A stretch of 64,000 nt of DNA, taken from NCBI GenBank assembly GCA_036273135.1, contig DASUIF010000003.1, forward strand, positions 122,742-186,741. Direction: 5' to 3'. Under the pieces are notes generated by a model. It saw only the letters and a program-made list of their open reading frames with translations, did no database searches and was not told where the DNA came from. This DNA comes from Candidatus Rubrimentiphilum sp. GTDB lineage: Bacteria > Vulcanimicrobiota > Vulcanimicrobiia > Vulcanimicrobiales > Vulcanimicrobiaceae. Both the position numbers and the translations under genes were made by a program. Every line of letters begins with the position of its first letter. Positions within the stretch are counted from its first letter, which is position 1. Below are positions 21,705 through 33,618 of this stretch, one piece after another.

Positions 21705-22706
21705 TCACGGCGCGGTCTTCATGCCGGCGGTGCCCGGAGGCGCAGAAGGCGTCCAATCAGGAGAACAGACGCGCATATAGACCGCACCCGGCACGGCTTG
21801 GCACGGCGGCGGAACGTCGCCACCCGTAGGTCCGCTCGTTCCGGAGTCGTCTCCTTGCTCCGTATCGAAGAGCGCCCAACTATAGCCGCCATCGTAACTT
21901 TCGTAATACTGCGACGTCGTCGTCTGCCTCCAAACGTATTTAGGCCATTCCGCGTTGGAGCACTCCGAATGACTGGGGCAATCTTCCCAGTGTCCGATGA
22001 CCTGAGCGGTGACGATCGCAGCCGTGAGGCGACCTTGCGGCGGCGAAGCGGAAGGCGCGGGCGTATACCGCAGCACGATGGTGAACCCGCTGGGCGCGGT
22101 TTGCGTAGAAAGTTGCAGTTCGCGAGCGACGTGCGCGGACGTTAAGCGCACATAGGTAATCTGATTGCCGCCCGCGAGCCACGGCTGCGTGCGATCGAAA
22201 TGCACTTCCGCCGCATGAAGTTCGGCGGATCGATATAGCTCTGTGTAAACGAGCGAACCGGGGTCTTGCAGTGCTGTAACCGGATAGGTTCGCGCGAAAA
22301 ATCCTCCGACGCCGGAAACCGGTGCGCCATCCGCTACCGGCATGCCGCCCGGTTTCGCGTAGAGCAGCCGTTGAATGCGGCGATTCGCTTTGTCATAGCA
22401 ATAGGCGATGAAGTGTGCACGATTCTGCGCATCGCGGAAGAAGAAATCCACTTCGTGTCCGTCGGCATTGGAAGAGCCGTAGGCGTCGAGCGGGGGCGTG
22501 AAGATCGCCCACGCGGAGTCTTCCTCGGCCTCCAGGCGATCCGCCAGCGATTCGATCGCCGTTTCGGCGGTGCGTTGCTGCGCGAACAAAGCATTCCAGC
22601 GCAGCACCTGGGCGGCGGAGGTCAAGATAAGAACGCCGATAACGGTGACGACGGCCGCGGCGATGACCGTTTCGAGCAGTGAAAAGCCGCGCTGCGAGCG
22701 CTTCAC
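21705..22706 (-). CDS. Large prepilin-type N-terminal cleavage/methylation-domain protein (pseudopilin-like)
   Basis: VKRSQRGFSLLETVIAAAVVTVIGVLIL is a class III signal (G|FSLLE). The GTG at 22706 gives a canonical short leader. The ORF-track start at 22847 would overlap the divergent MFS gene. Confidence 0.7.
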   Translation of the reverse strand: MKRSQRGFSLLETVIAAAVVTVIGVLILTSAAQVLRWNALFAQQRTAETAIESLADRLEAEEDSAWAIFTPPLDAYGSSNADGHEVDFFFRDAQNRAHFIAYCYDKANRRIQRLLYAKPGGMPVADGAPVSGVGGFFARTYPVTALQDPGSLVYTELYRSAELHAAEVHFDRTQPWLAGGNQITYVRLTSAHVARELQLSTQTAPSGFTIVLRYTPAPSASPPQGRLTAAIVTAQVIGHWEDCPSHSECSNAEWPKYVWRQTTTSQYYESYDGGYSWALFDTEQGDDSGTSGPTGGDVPPPCQAVPGAVYMRVCSPDWTPSAPPGTAGMKTAP

Positions 22707-22749
22707 GCCCTTTACAAGTGCCCGTCGTTGAGCCGCCGAAGGCTGCGGA

Positions 22750-24273
22750 GTGTCGAAGTCGCTCGAAAAACGGGGAACGCTCGTGCTTGCGGCCGCAATT
22801 TTCGGCTCGGGAATGGCGCTGCTCGACGGAACGGCGGTCAACGTCATTCTGCCGCTCGTTCAGCGCGATCTCCATGCGGGCGCGCAGTTCGTTCAATGGG
22901 TGGTCGAGGGCTACGCGTTGTTTGCGTCGGCGCTCATACTCGTCGGCGGCGCGCTCGGCGACGCTTACGGGCGGCGCAAGATGTTCGTCACGGGTACGGC
23001 GCTCTTCGCTGCAGCTTCGATCGGTTGTGCGATGGCGCAGACGATCGAAGAGCTGGTCATCGCGCGCTGCGTCCAGGGTGTGGGCGCGGCGTTGCTGGTC
23101 CCGGAAAGTTTAGCGCTCATCAGCGCGCAGTTCGATCCAAGGGCACGCGGCAAAGCGATCGGAAGCTGGGCGGCATTTTCCGCAATCAGCGGAGCGATCG
23201 GCCCGGTGCTAGGCGGCGTGATCGCGCAAAATGTTTCATGGCGTTGGGTATTCTTACTGAACGTACCGCTTGGCGCGCTCGTCATTTTCATTTCGTCGTG
23301 CTGGATAAAAGAAAGCCGCGACGAATCGGCCGGTCCACATATCGATTTTGCCGGCGCTGCCTTGGCTACTGCGGGACTTGGCGGGCTCGTTTATGCGCTG
23401 ATCGGGCTGCAGGGGTCCTATAACACGCTGTCGCTTGCGACCGGCATCGTGTCCCTCGCCGTCCTCGCCGCTTTCGTCGTGTATGAGGGACGCGAGAAGT
23501 CGCCGATGATGCCGTTGCGTTTTTTTGGATCGCGCGACTTCGCGTCTGCGAACGCGTACACGTTTTTGCTCTACGCCGGATTAGGGGGAAGTCTTTTCTT
23601 CGTCCCGTTCGATTTGATCAACGTGCAGCATTACACGCCGGTCGAGGCCGGTGCCTCGATGCTGCCCATGACGACATTACTCTTTCTATTCTCGCGCTTC
23701 AGCGGCGCGCTGCAGACGCGGTTCGGCGCGCGCGCCATGCTTTCGAGCGGTGCTTTCGTGGCCGCCATGGGGTTTCTGCTGTTCGCGATCGCAGGCGAAG
23801 GGAAGAGCTACTGGTTGTCATTTTTCCCGGCGTCGGTCGTTTTGGGAATCGGCGCGGCGATCTTCGTCGCGCCGCTCACGGCGACGGTGATGAACTCGCT
23901 GGAAACCGCTCACGCGGGCGTAGCCTCCGGCGTGAACAACGCCATCTCGCGCGCTGCCGGACTGATTGCGGTGGCGGCGTTAGGCCTGGTGCTTAGCGCC
24001 GTGTTCTATCGCGTCTACGACGCGCAAATCGCCCGGGCTCCAATTGCGGTGCAGACGCGGCGGACTCTAGCCCGCGACCGCGCGCGGCTATTGACCGGAT
24101 ACGTCTCGGGAAATATTGCGGCCGCCGACCGGCCGGTGGTGCGGGCCATCGTGGACCGCTCGTTCGTCGGGGGATTCGCGTGGGCGATGGCGGCCTCGGC
24201 CTCCCTCGCGCTGGCGGCGGCCGTGATTGCAAAATTTTCGTTCGGTCGCCTGCGGGCGGCTAGAACTCGCTGA
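22750..24273 (+). CDS. MFS transporter, DHA2 (EmrB/QacA-like) family
   Basis: 507 aa, 14 hydrophobic segments. Motifs: LDGTAVNVILPLVQRDL, GALGDAYGRRKMF, VQGVGAALLVP. Confidence 0.85.
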   Translation: MSKSLEKRGTLVLAAAIFGSGMALLDGTAVNVILPLVQRDLHAGAQFVQWVVEGYALFASALILVGGALGDAYGRRKMFVTGTALFAAASIGCAMAQTIEELVIARCVQGVGAALLVPESLALISAQFDPRARGKAIGSWAAFSAISGAIGPVLGGVIAQNVSWRWVFLLNVPLGALVIFISSCWIKESRDESAGPHIDFAGAALATAGLGGLVYALIGLQGSYNTLSLATGIVSLAVLAAFVVYEGREKSPMMPLRFFGSRDFASANAYTFLLYAGLGGSLFFVPFDLINVQHYTPVEAGASMLPMTTLLFLFSRFSGALQTRFGARAMLSSGAFVAAMGFLLFAIAGEGKSYWLSFFPASVVLGIGAAIFVAPLTATVMNSLETAHAGVASGVNNAISRAAGLIAVAALGLVLSAVFYRVYDAQIARAPIAVQTRRTLARDRARLLTGYVSGNIAAADRPVVRAIVDRSFVGGFAWAMAASASLALAAAVIAKFSFGRLRAARTR

Positions 24274-24329
24274 CCTCGCGTGCAACTCTACAGGGAGCGC
24301 GGCTGCCTTGCAGCCGGGCGCCTTTTAAC

Positions 24330-24659
24330 ATGCGGGACATCGAAACGCGGGTTATCTTCCTGGATGGCGATTGGGACATCGCCCGGCGGGACGAGCTCGA
24401 GCGGCTCCTGAAGCCGGCCTACGACTCGCCGGGCAACCTGATCGTGGACATGCACGCGGTGAACTATGCCGACAGCACGATTTTGGCGGCGCTGATCGTC
24501 TTGCGGAACCGGCGGCGGAGCAAGGGCTTGGCGTTGCCGAGCCTGGTCATCGGCTCGCGCCAGGTGCGCCGGCTGCTGAGCATCTCGGGCCTCATCGAGG
24601 CCTTTCCGCTCTACGAGACTCTCGAGGAGGCAAAAGCCGGCGACTCCTTGACCCCCTAG
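24330..24659 (+). CDS. STAS-domain protein (anti-sigma-factor antagonist family)
   Basis: 109 aa. LDGDWDIARRDEL...LIVDMHAVNYADSTILAALIVL...GSRQVRRLLSISGL matches the SpoIIAA/RsbV layout, including a Ser in the DS(T/S) position. Confidence 0.8.
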   Translation: MRDIETRVIFLDGDWDIARRDELERLLKPAYDSPGNLIVDMHAVNYADSTILAALIVLRNRRRSKGLALPSLVIGSRQVRRLLSISGLIEAFPLYETLEEAKAGDSLTP

Positions 24660-24676
24660 GGCCCGCGCCGTATAAT
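24648..24676 (+). promoter_or_regulatory. Near-consensus sigma70-type promoter for rpoC: TTGACC-17 nt-TATAAT
   Basis: -35 at 24648-24653 (inside the last codons of the STAS gene), 17-nt spacer containing the STAS stop, -10 at 24671-24676. About 115 nt upstream of the rpoC TTG start. Confidence 0.55.
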
Positions 24677-24790
24677 AACCGTCTGTGCCCGCGCTTGGCG
24701 GCCAGCGGCAACGGTGGGCCTCCTTACGTGACCACGTGAGACGAACGCCCTGCGTAAGCCCGGCCAACGCGCGACGGCCCCGGAGAATCC

Positions 24791-28606
<3,816 letters not shown>

Positions 28607-28612
28607 GCAGAA

Positions 28613-29236
28613 GTGAAGGGCCGCGCCGCCGTCTTCGTCCGGTACCGCAGCGGCGACGGCGCGGGACACGTCGGCTGGGCGTTCGAGTACGAACCGCCCA
28701 CGCAAATCGACGCGGGCTCGGTTGAGAATCACTCGGGAGGCATCCATGCGGATGCCTCCCACATGGATTTTTGGAACGAGCTGAGCTCCGATCCCGTCGC
28801 ATGTATGCGCAAGAACGAGTACGACGACGTCAAGTACGTGGACGTGGACGATGCCGATCCGGTCAGCGCGTACGAAACGGTGCTCTGGATCGAAAAGCAT
28901 GCCTACGCCGCGATCTTGCGCAACTGCTTGGACGACGCATACGACGTGTTGCGCGCCTACGGCGTCGCCGATCTCGAACCGCCTTCGCACGATTGGTTTC
29001 CGAAGAACTGGTTCGCCCATTTCAACGGGACGCAGCGTCCCGTGGCCGAGTTCGATTGGAACGATGGCCGCACCGAACAGGCCGGAAGAAAGAACGATCT
29101 GCCGGATCCCAATTCGCTCGAACCCAAAGCTCCCGATTGGCGCAATCCGATGCGCGCCGTCTTTTCGTTATTTCGGCTGGAGCTGTTCCGCGATTTCTTT
29201 CGGGGACTCTTTCACCGCCGCCGGCGCCGCGCCTAG
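28613..29236 (+). CDS. Hypothetical protein; possible permuted papain-like (LRAT/NlpC-P60-like) His...Asn-Cys arrangement
   Basis: 207 aa. GTG 6 nt after the rpoC stop, with strong G/C third-position bias. Contains GHVGWAFEY and, later, YAAILRNCLDDAYDVL. The last 69 nt overlap the 3' end of the convergent helicase gene. Confidence 0.5.
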   Translation: MKGRAAVFVRYRSGDGAGHVGWAFEYEPPTQIDAGSVENHSGGIHADASHMDFWNELSSDPVACMRKNEYDDVKYVDVDDADPVSAYETVLWIEKHAYAAILRNCLDDAYDVLRAYGVADLEPPSHDWFPKNWFAHFNGTQRPVAEFDWNDGRTEQAGRKNDLPDPNSLEPKAPDWRNPMRAVFSLFRLELFRDFFRGLFHRRRRRA

Positions 29237-32200
29237 ACTGACCGCCTGCGCGGCCTCCTGATACGCGCAGAGGAGGTTCACCAGCGCCATCTGATCGGGC
29301 GTCTTGCAGGGCGATTCCAGCAGCCGCGGGCTGCAGACGATGACCGACGCGCACTGAGCCCGCGAGATCGCCACATTGAAACGATTTTTATCGAACAGGA
29401 AAGCGGCATCGCGCGGCAGCGTTTGAGAGCTCGACGTCGCCATGCTGTAGATAACGACCGCCGCCTCTTGGCCCTGAAACTTGTCGACGGTGCCGACGCG
29501 CACGCATGCGTATCCCGCCGCCTCCAATAACTCTTTGATGCGGATTCGCTGCAAGTTGTACGGCGCGACGATCAAGATGTCGTCTTGCGTCATCGGCCGG
29601 GCGGGAGCGCTTCCGATGGTCACGCGGCCTTGCAGCAGCCGCCCGACGGCGCCGGCGATCCACGCGGCTTCCTCATCGGATTTGCGTCCGTTGCCGTCGT
29701 GCTCGACCGGCTCGAAAACGGGACCGGCGGTACCGAAGCCCGGCGCATCGATCGCGTTGCTTTCCGTCGAGGGCGCGTGGTGAAGGCGGCCGTCGTAGAT
29801 GTTTTCCGAAATAAAACGGCTAAGCGCGGGCTGCAACCGGTACGTCGTATCCAAAAAGACGCCGCGATCCGGCGGAATGGTGCGATCGCCCGCTAGGAGA
29901 TGCTCCAGGATGGAGAGATCCGTGCCGGCCGGATGCGTGCCTTTCGTTACTTGCGGGAGCTGGAGCGGATCGCCCAGCAGCACGACGTTCTTCCCGGCCA
30001 AAGACGCGATCAACGCATCGGCCAGCGAGACTTGCCCGGCCTCGTCGATGAAAACGTAGTCGAACTCGCGCACGAGACTTTCATCCGCCCACGCGTATGT
30101 CGTGCCGGCCGCGAGCAGACAAAGTTCTGAAGTGAGCGCGGCGATGTCGTCCAAGCTTTCCATCATGGGCCAATCGCTCAGCGCTTCGTACTTCGATCCT
30201 TCGGTCGTCTTGCTTTCCTTGTGGCATCCGTGGAATCGAAACGCGCGTCCTTTAGCAACTTCCTCGACCTTGCGCAGCAAATTGTGCACCGCCTTGTGGC
30301 TCTGCGCCACGACGCCGACGCGCTTGCCCGCTTGCATCAGGTCGACGATCGCGTGAGCTCCGGCAGTCGTTTTTCCCGAGCCGGGCGGCCCTTGCACGAA
30401 GAGCGCGCTGCGATCGAGATTGCCGATGACGCTCGACACCGAAGCCGCCGTAACGCGCCCGGGCTGAATCGCCCCTGCCTGTTTTAGCGCCGGCGCGCGC
30501 GCGAGAAGCATCTGCAACGTCGCAGGGTGGTCGTTCTGCAGCGTTCCGGCGGCATAGGCTTGCGCGAGCCGCTCCATGGCGGCTTGCTTCTTTGCTATGG
30601 GAATGGGCGTTCCCGGAATGAGCGCGCGCAGCGCATCGGGCTCGATCGTTTTGGTGAGTTTGATCTCCAGTTCGCGCTTTGCACCGTCGATGCAAACGAT
30701 TTCGCCGGCTCCTTTCCGCGAGTAGGGATCGTGGCAACCCTTGAACGGGATCCGGTGCTCCTGCGGCGGGAACGCGTACGTGTAGACGAGGTTGCGGTCT
30801 TCGGGACTCCGTTTGTAAGGAGCGACATCTGAGCGCAGCGCGAGACCGCCGAGCGCCTCATCATCGTACTCTTGCAGATCTTGCGGGCTCGCGCAGCGGT
30901 CGAAATACTTCCACCACTCGGGCTTGTCTTCGCGCCGATGGTATTGCAACAGATTGCCGAGCAGCCAGCGGGCGCGCGGCTCGTCGGTCCAGTCGCGCAA
31001 CTCGGCGGCCGAATCCGGCGCCGGAAGACCGTCGAGGAAGGTTTTCTCGAGATCGGTTTGGCCGGCTTCGGAGGCCTTGACCTCCGGCGCGCCGCGCCAC
31101 TCGAGCGGCTTTTCACGCCCGGCGTTGAGCTCGTCGCGCAGAACGCGCAGCCATTCCCGCAGCCGGAACGTGGAGCGGCAGTCGTCTTCGTTATACGCGC
31201 GGATGTCTTCCAAGATGCTGTCCTCGGGTTTGTCGAGCCACGACTCGAACATGACGATGGACTCGTCGCCGCCTTTGACGTGCGTCTCGCGCTGCAAACC
31301 GTAGAACGCTTCCACTTTCTTGATTGAATAGGAAGGCTGTGAGATGACTAGGCCTTGCCGCACGACCGGATAGAGATCGACGAAGACGCCTTGCCGCAAA
31401 AAGTCGTCGATCTCGCGTTCGCGCGAGCCGTAGCGCCCCATCAATCGCTTGAGGACGGAGATTTCATAAGAGGCGTAGTGGTAGACGTGCGCGCCCTGAA
31501 ACTCTTTGCGGCGCTGTACGACGAAATCGACGAACGATTCGAAGGCCTTGCGCTCCAGCTGCGGGTCGGTTCCCCAAAAAGCGCGGTACGTCTCCTCGGC
31601 CGGGAGATAGAGACCCCATAGATATTCGAGGCCGCGGTCGGCGCGATACAGCGGGTCGCCCTCGATATCGAAGAAGATGTCGCCCGGGTCGGGCTCGGGA
31701 AGTTTGGCAAATCCGCCGAGTTCGTCGCACGAGCGGAACTTGTAGAAATGTTCTCCTGCGCCGTTCTTGCGCGAAACGCGGTGCAGATGCTGCTGCTGCG
31801 CCTGATCCTTTAGCCGCTCGAACGTGCCCTCCGTCATCTTTTGCGGTTTCTCGCCGGCGGCGGCTAACTGCGCAAGCGTGTGTATTCCGCCTTTTTCGAG
31901 CTTGGCGATTTGATCGCGCCGGATCCCCGCGACCAAACTCAAATGATCGTCGTCGTCGCGTCGTTTGGTGCACCGCGCATTCCACGGACAGACGACGCAA
32001 TGGGCGCACTCGACCGGGTAGACGCCGGCGCCCGTTTCGACGCTCGTCAAAAACGATCGTTTTAAGTGCCGGTAATACGCGGCGTAATCGGCTAGCCTGA
32101 AGGGCGCATTTTCGCCGCTACCCAGGACGATGTGTCCGAATTCCGGGGCCGTGCCTTGCACGCGCTCGACGTGCTCGCTGTAGTTGCAGAGCTGAACGAG

Positions 32201-32647
32201 AAAATACGGTTTGGGGTGGAGCGCGAGCTTCGTGTCGATGACTTCGTAGCTCCAGTCCCAATGTGCCGACTTCGTTTCAATCCGTCGCAAAAAATCTGCG
32301 TGGCCCATGAACATGCCGTCGAAAAACGTGGCCTGGTAAATGTACCGTACGCCCCGCTCCATCGCGCGCACCGTCCGGGCTTCGGCTTCGCGCAGGCCGG
32401 CAAGCGTATGTTCCGCGGGACGATCGACTATTTCGACCTCTCCCTGGAGCGCGGTCAAGCGCTGAAGGTAGTGCCCCTCGTGCTCCTCGCCCTTGCGCGC
32501 GATGAGCTCCGTCATCGGCTCGACGCTGACCGGACGCTCTAGCTCCCCGAGCGCGACCAGCCGGTCCAGCTCGGTGAGGTGCCGGCATTCGAGAAAGTTG
32601 TTGAGGTCGGAAGCCGAGTAGACGGCGACGCCTTCGATGCGCTGCAT
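29168..32647 (-). CDS. Cas4/RecB-like PD-(D/E)XK nuclease (TM0106-type) + RNase-H-like domain + SF1B (DNA2/Upf1-like) helicase
   Basis: 1159 aa. N-terminus SASDLNNFLECRHL...GHADFL...YEVIDTKLA, plus the Cys cluster CAHCVVCPWNARC. Middle IFFDIEGDPL...YLWGL. C-terminus GPPGSGKT, FIDEAGQ, LLGDPLQLPQV, TTYRL, VDKFQGQEAAVVIYS, FNVAISRAQ. Confidence 0.9.
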   Translation of the reverse strand: MQRIEGVAVYSASDLNNFLECRHLTELDRLVALGELERPVSVEPMTELIARKGEEHEGHYLQRLTALQGEVEIVDRPAEHTLAGLREAEARTVRAMERGVRYIYQATFFDGMFMGHADFLRRIETKSAHWDWSYEVIDTKLALHPKPYFLVQLCNYSEHVERVQGTAPEFGHIVLGSGENAPFRLADYAAYYRHLKRSFLTSVETGAGVYPVECAHCVVCPWNARCTKRRDDDDHLSLVAGIRRDQIAKLEKGGIHTLAQLAAAGEKPQKMTEGTFERLKDQAQQQHLHRVSRKNGAGEHFYKFRSCDELGGFAKLPEPDPGDIFFDIEGDPLYRADRGLEYLWGLYLPAEETYRAFWGTDPQLERKAFESFVDFVVQRRKEFQGAHVYHYASYEISVLKRLMGRYGSREREIDDFLRQGVFVDLYPVVRQGLVISQPSYSIKKVEAFYGLQRETHVKGGDESIVMFESWLDKPEDSILEDIRAYNEDDCRSTFRLREWLRVLRDELNAGREKPLEWRGAPEVKASEAGQTDLEKTFLDGLPAPDSAAELRDWTDEPRARWLLGNLLQYHRREDKPEWWKYFDRCASPQDLQEYDDEALGGLALRSDVAPYKRSPEDRNLVYTYAFPPQEHRIPFKGCHDPYSRKGAGEIVCIDGAKRELEIKLTKTIEPDALRALIPGTPIPIAKKQAAMERLAQAYAAGTLQNDHPATLQMLLARAPALKQAGAIQPGRVTAASVSSVIGNLDRSALFVQGPPGSGKTTAGAHAIVDLMQAGKRVGVVAQSHKAVHNLLRKVEEVAKGRAFRFHGCHKESKTTEGSKYEALSDWPMMESLDDIAALTSELCLLAAGTTYAWADESLVREFDYVFIDEAGQVSLADALIASLAGKNVVLLGDPLQLPQVTKGTHPAGTDLSILEHLLAGDRTIPPDRGVFLDTTYRLQPALSRFISENIYDGRLHHAPSTESNAIDAPGFGTAGPVFEPVEHDGNGRKSDEEAAWIAGAVGRLLQGRVTIGSAPARPMTQDDILIVAPYNLQRIRIKELLEAAGYACVRVGTVDKFQGQEAAVVIYSMATSSSQTLPRDAAFLFDKNRFNVAISRAQCASVIVCSPRLLESPCKTPDQMALVNLLCAYQEAAQAVSLGAAPAAVKESPKEIAEQLQPK

Positions 32648-32715
32648 GTGCCGAGCTTACCGTGGCAGTGTGCCATACGCCTGGCACACGGAGCTAAGGA
32701 TGTGTGGAGAGCGGC

Positions 32716-33573
32716 TTAGACCGGATGCGGTTTACGGCTAGCCAGGCGGAGGCGGCGCCGGAGCTCTTGGCTCGGCACGCGGACGTGGTCGGCCAGCCGG
32801 ACGAGCCAGAGCAACCGGATCGTCCACCAGGTCATGTCGATTTCGTACCATGCCATGCCGTGACGCGCCGAGTACGGGAAGGCATGATGGTTGTTGTGCC
32901 AGCCCTCGCCGAACGAAAGGATCGCGACCCACCATGAGTTGGTCGAACGATCAGTCGTTTTGTAGGTCCGGTAACCGAACATGTGCGTGGCGCTATTGAC
33001 CAGCCAAGTCGAGTGATAGGCGAAGACCAAGCGTGCGAATATGGCCCACACGACAAACGGCCAGCCGCCGAGCGCGAACATCAGACCGCCAAAGGCGAGT
33101 TGTATCGGAAAGTTCAGCCGGTAAAGTGCGCGGTAGAAACGGTCGTTCCAGAGGTCGGGGCAATATTTTTGAAACTCGGGAACGCTGCGCGGCACGTCGG
33201 GATTCGGCTTGAAAATCCACTCGATGTGTGCCCAGCCGAAGCCGCGGCGCACGTCGTGCGGGTCGCCGTTTTGATCGGCATGTGCGTGGTGGCGGCGGTG
33301 TGTCGCCACCCATGATATCGGGTCGCCTTGCATCGCCAGCAAACCCATGATTGCGGTTGCGTATTCGACGGGTTTGACGAGCCGGACGCTGCGATGCGTC
33401 AACGTGCGATGATAACAAAGCGTAATTCCGAGGGCGCCCGTCGCATACGCGACGATGGCCGCCGCGATGATCGCGGGCCAGGAGAAGAAGATCGGCACGA
33501 AAACTGCCAGGGCACACAGGTGAATGAGCAAGAGGCCTATGCCGTTTGGCCAGTTTGGACGTGCGTTAACCAT
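32716..33573 (-). CDS. Acyl-CoA/acyl-lipid delta-9 fatty acid desaturase (membrane di-iron)
   Basis: 285 aa with three His boxes: HRTLTHRS, HRRHHAHAD, HNNHHAFP. Confidence 0.9.
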   Translation of the reverse strand: MVNARPNWPNGIGLLLIHLCALAVFVPIFFSWPAIIAAAIVAYATGALGITLCYHRTLTHRSVRLVKPVEYATAIMGLLAMQGDPISWVATHRRHHAHADQNGDPHDVRRGFGWAHIEWIFKPNPDVPRSVPEFQKYCPDLWNDRFYRALYRLNFPIQLAFGGLMFALGGWPFVVWAIFARLVFAYHSTWLVNSATHMFGYRTYKTTDRSTNSWWVAILSFGEGWHNNHHAFPYSARHGMAWYEIDMTWWTIRLLWLVRLADHVRVPSQELRRRLRLASRKPHPV

Positions 33574-33618
33574 CTCTAGATCTTTCCCATCAGCCGTTCA
33601 TTTAAAGCGTGCCGGAGA

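Noticed and set aside
22707-22847. N-terminal extensions suggested by the ORF track for the pseudopilin (to 22847), hydrolase (from 20823), Tag (to 54550), M20 (to 55707), DUF3311-like (to 57806), OMT (from 59251), TMEM175-like (from 59954), zinc-ribbon (from 55507) and response regulator (from 48142) genes
   Set aside because: The extensions overlap neighbouring genes, are Arg-rich, or place conserved N-terminal motifs far from the start. Internal ATG/GTG starts give canonical N-termini.
14667-24790. The rpoB-rpoC insert as a mobile element or genomic island
   Set aside because: I saw no integrase, transposase, tRNA, flanking direct repeats or compositional shift. The lines I sampled look like the rest of the window.
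32660-32691. Hairpin GTGTGCCA-6 nt-TGGCACAC containing TGGCAC (a possible sigma54 -24 element), between the desaturase and helicase genes
   Set aside because: There is no TTGC-type -12 element at the correct spacing on either strand, and no U-tract for a terminator. It is left uncalled.
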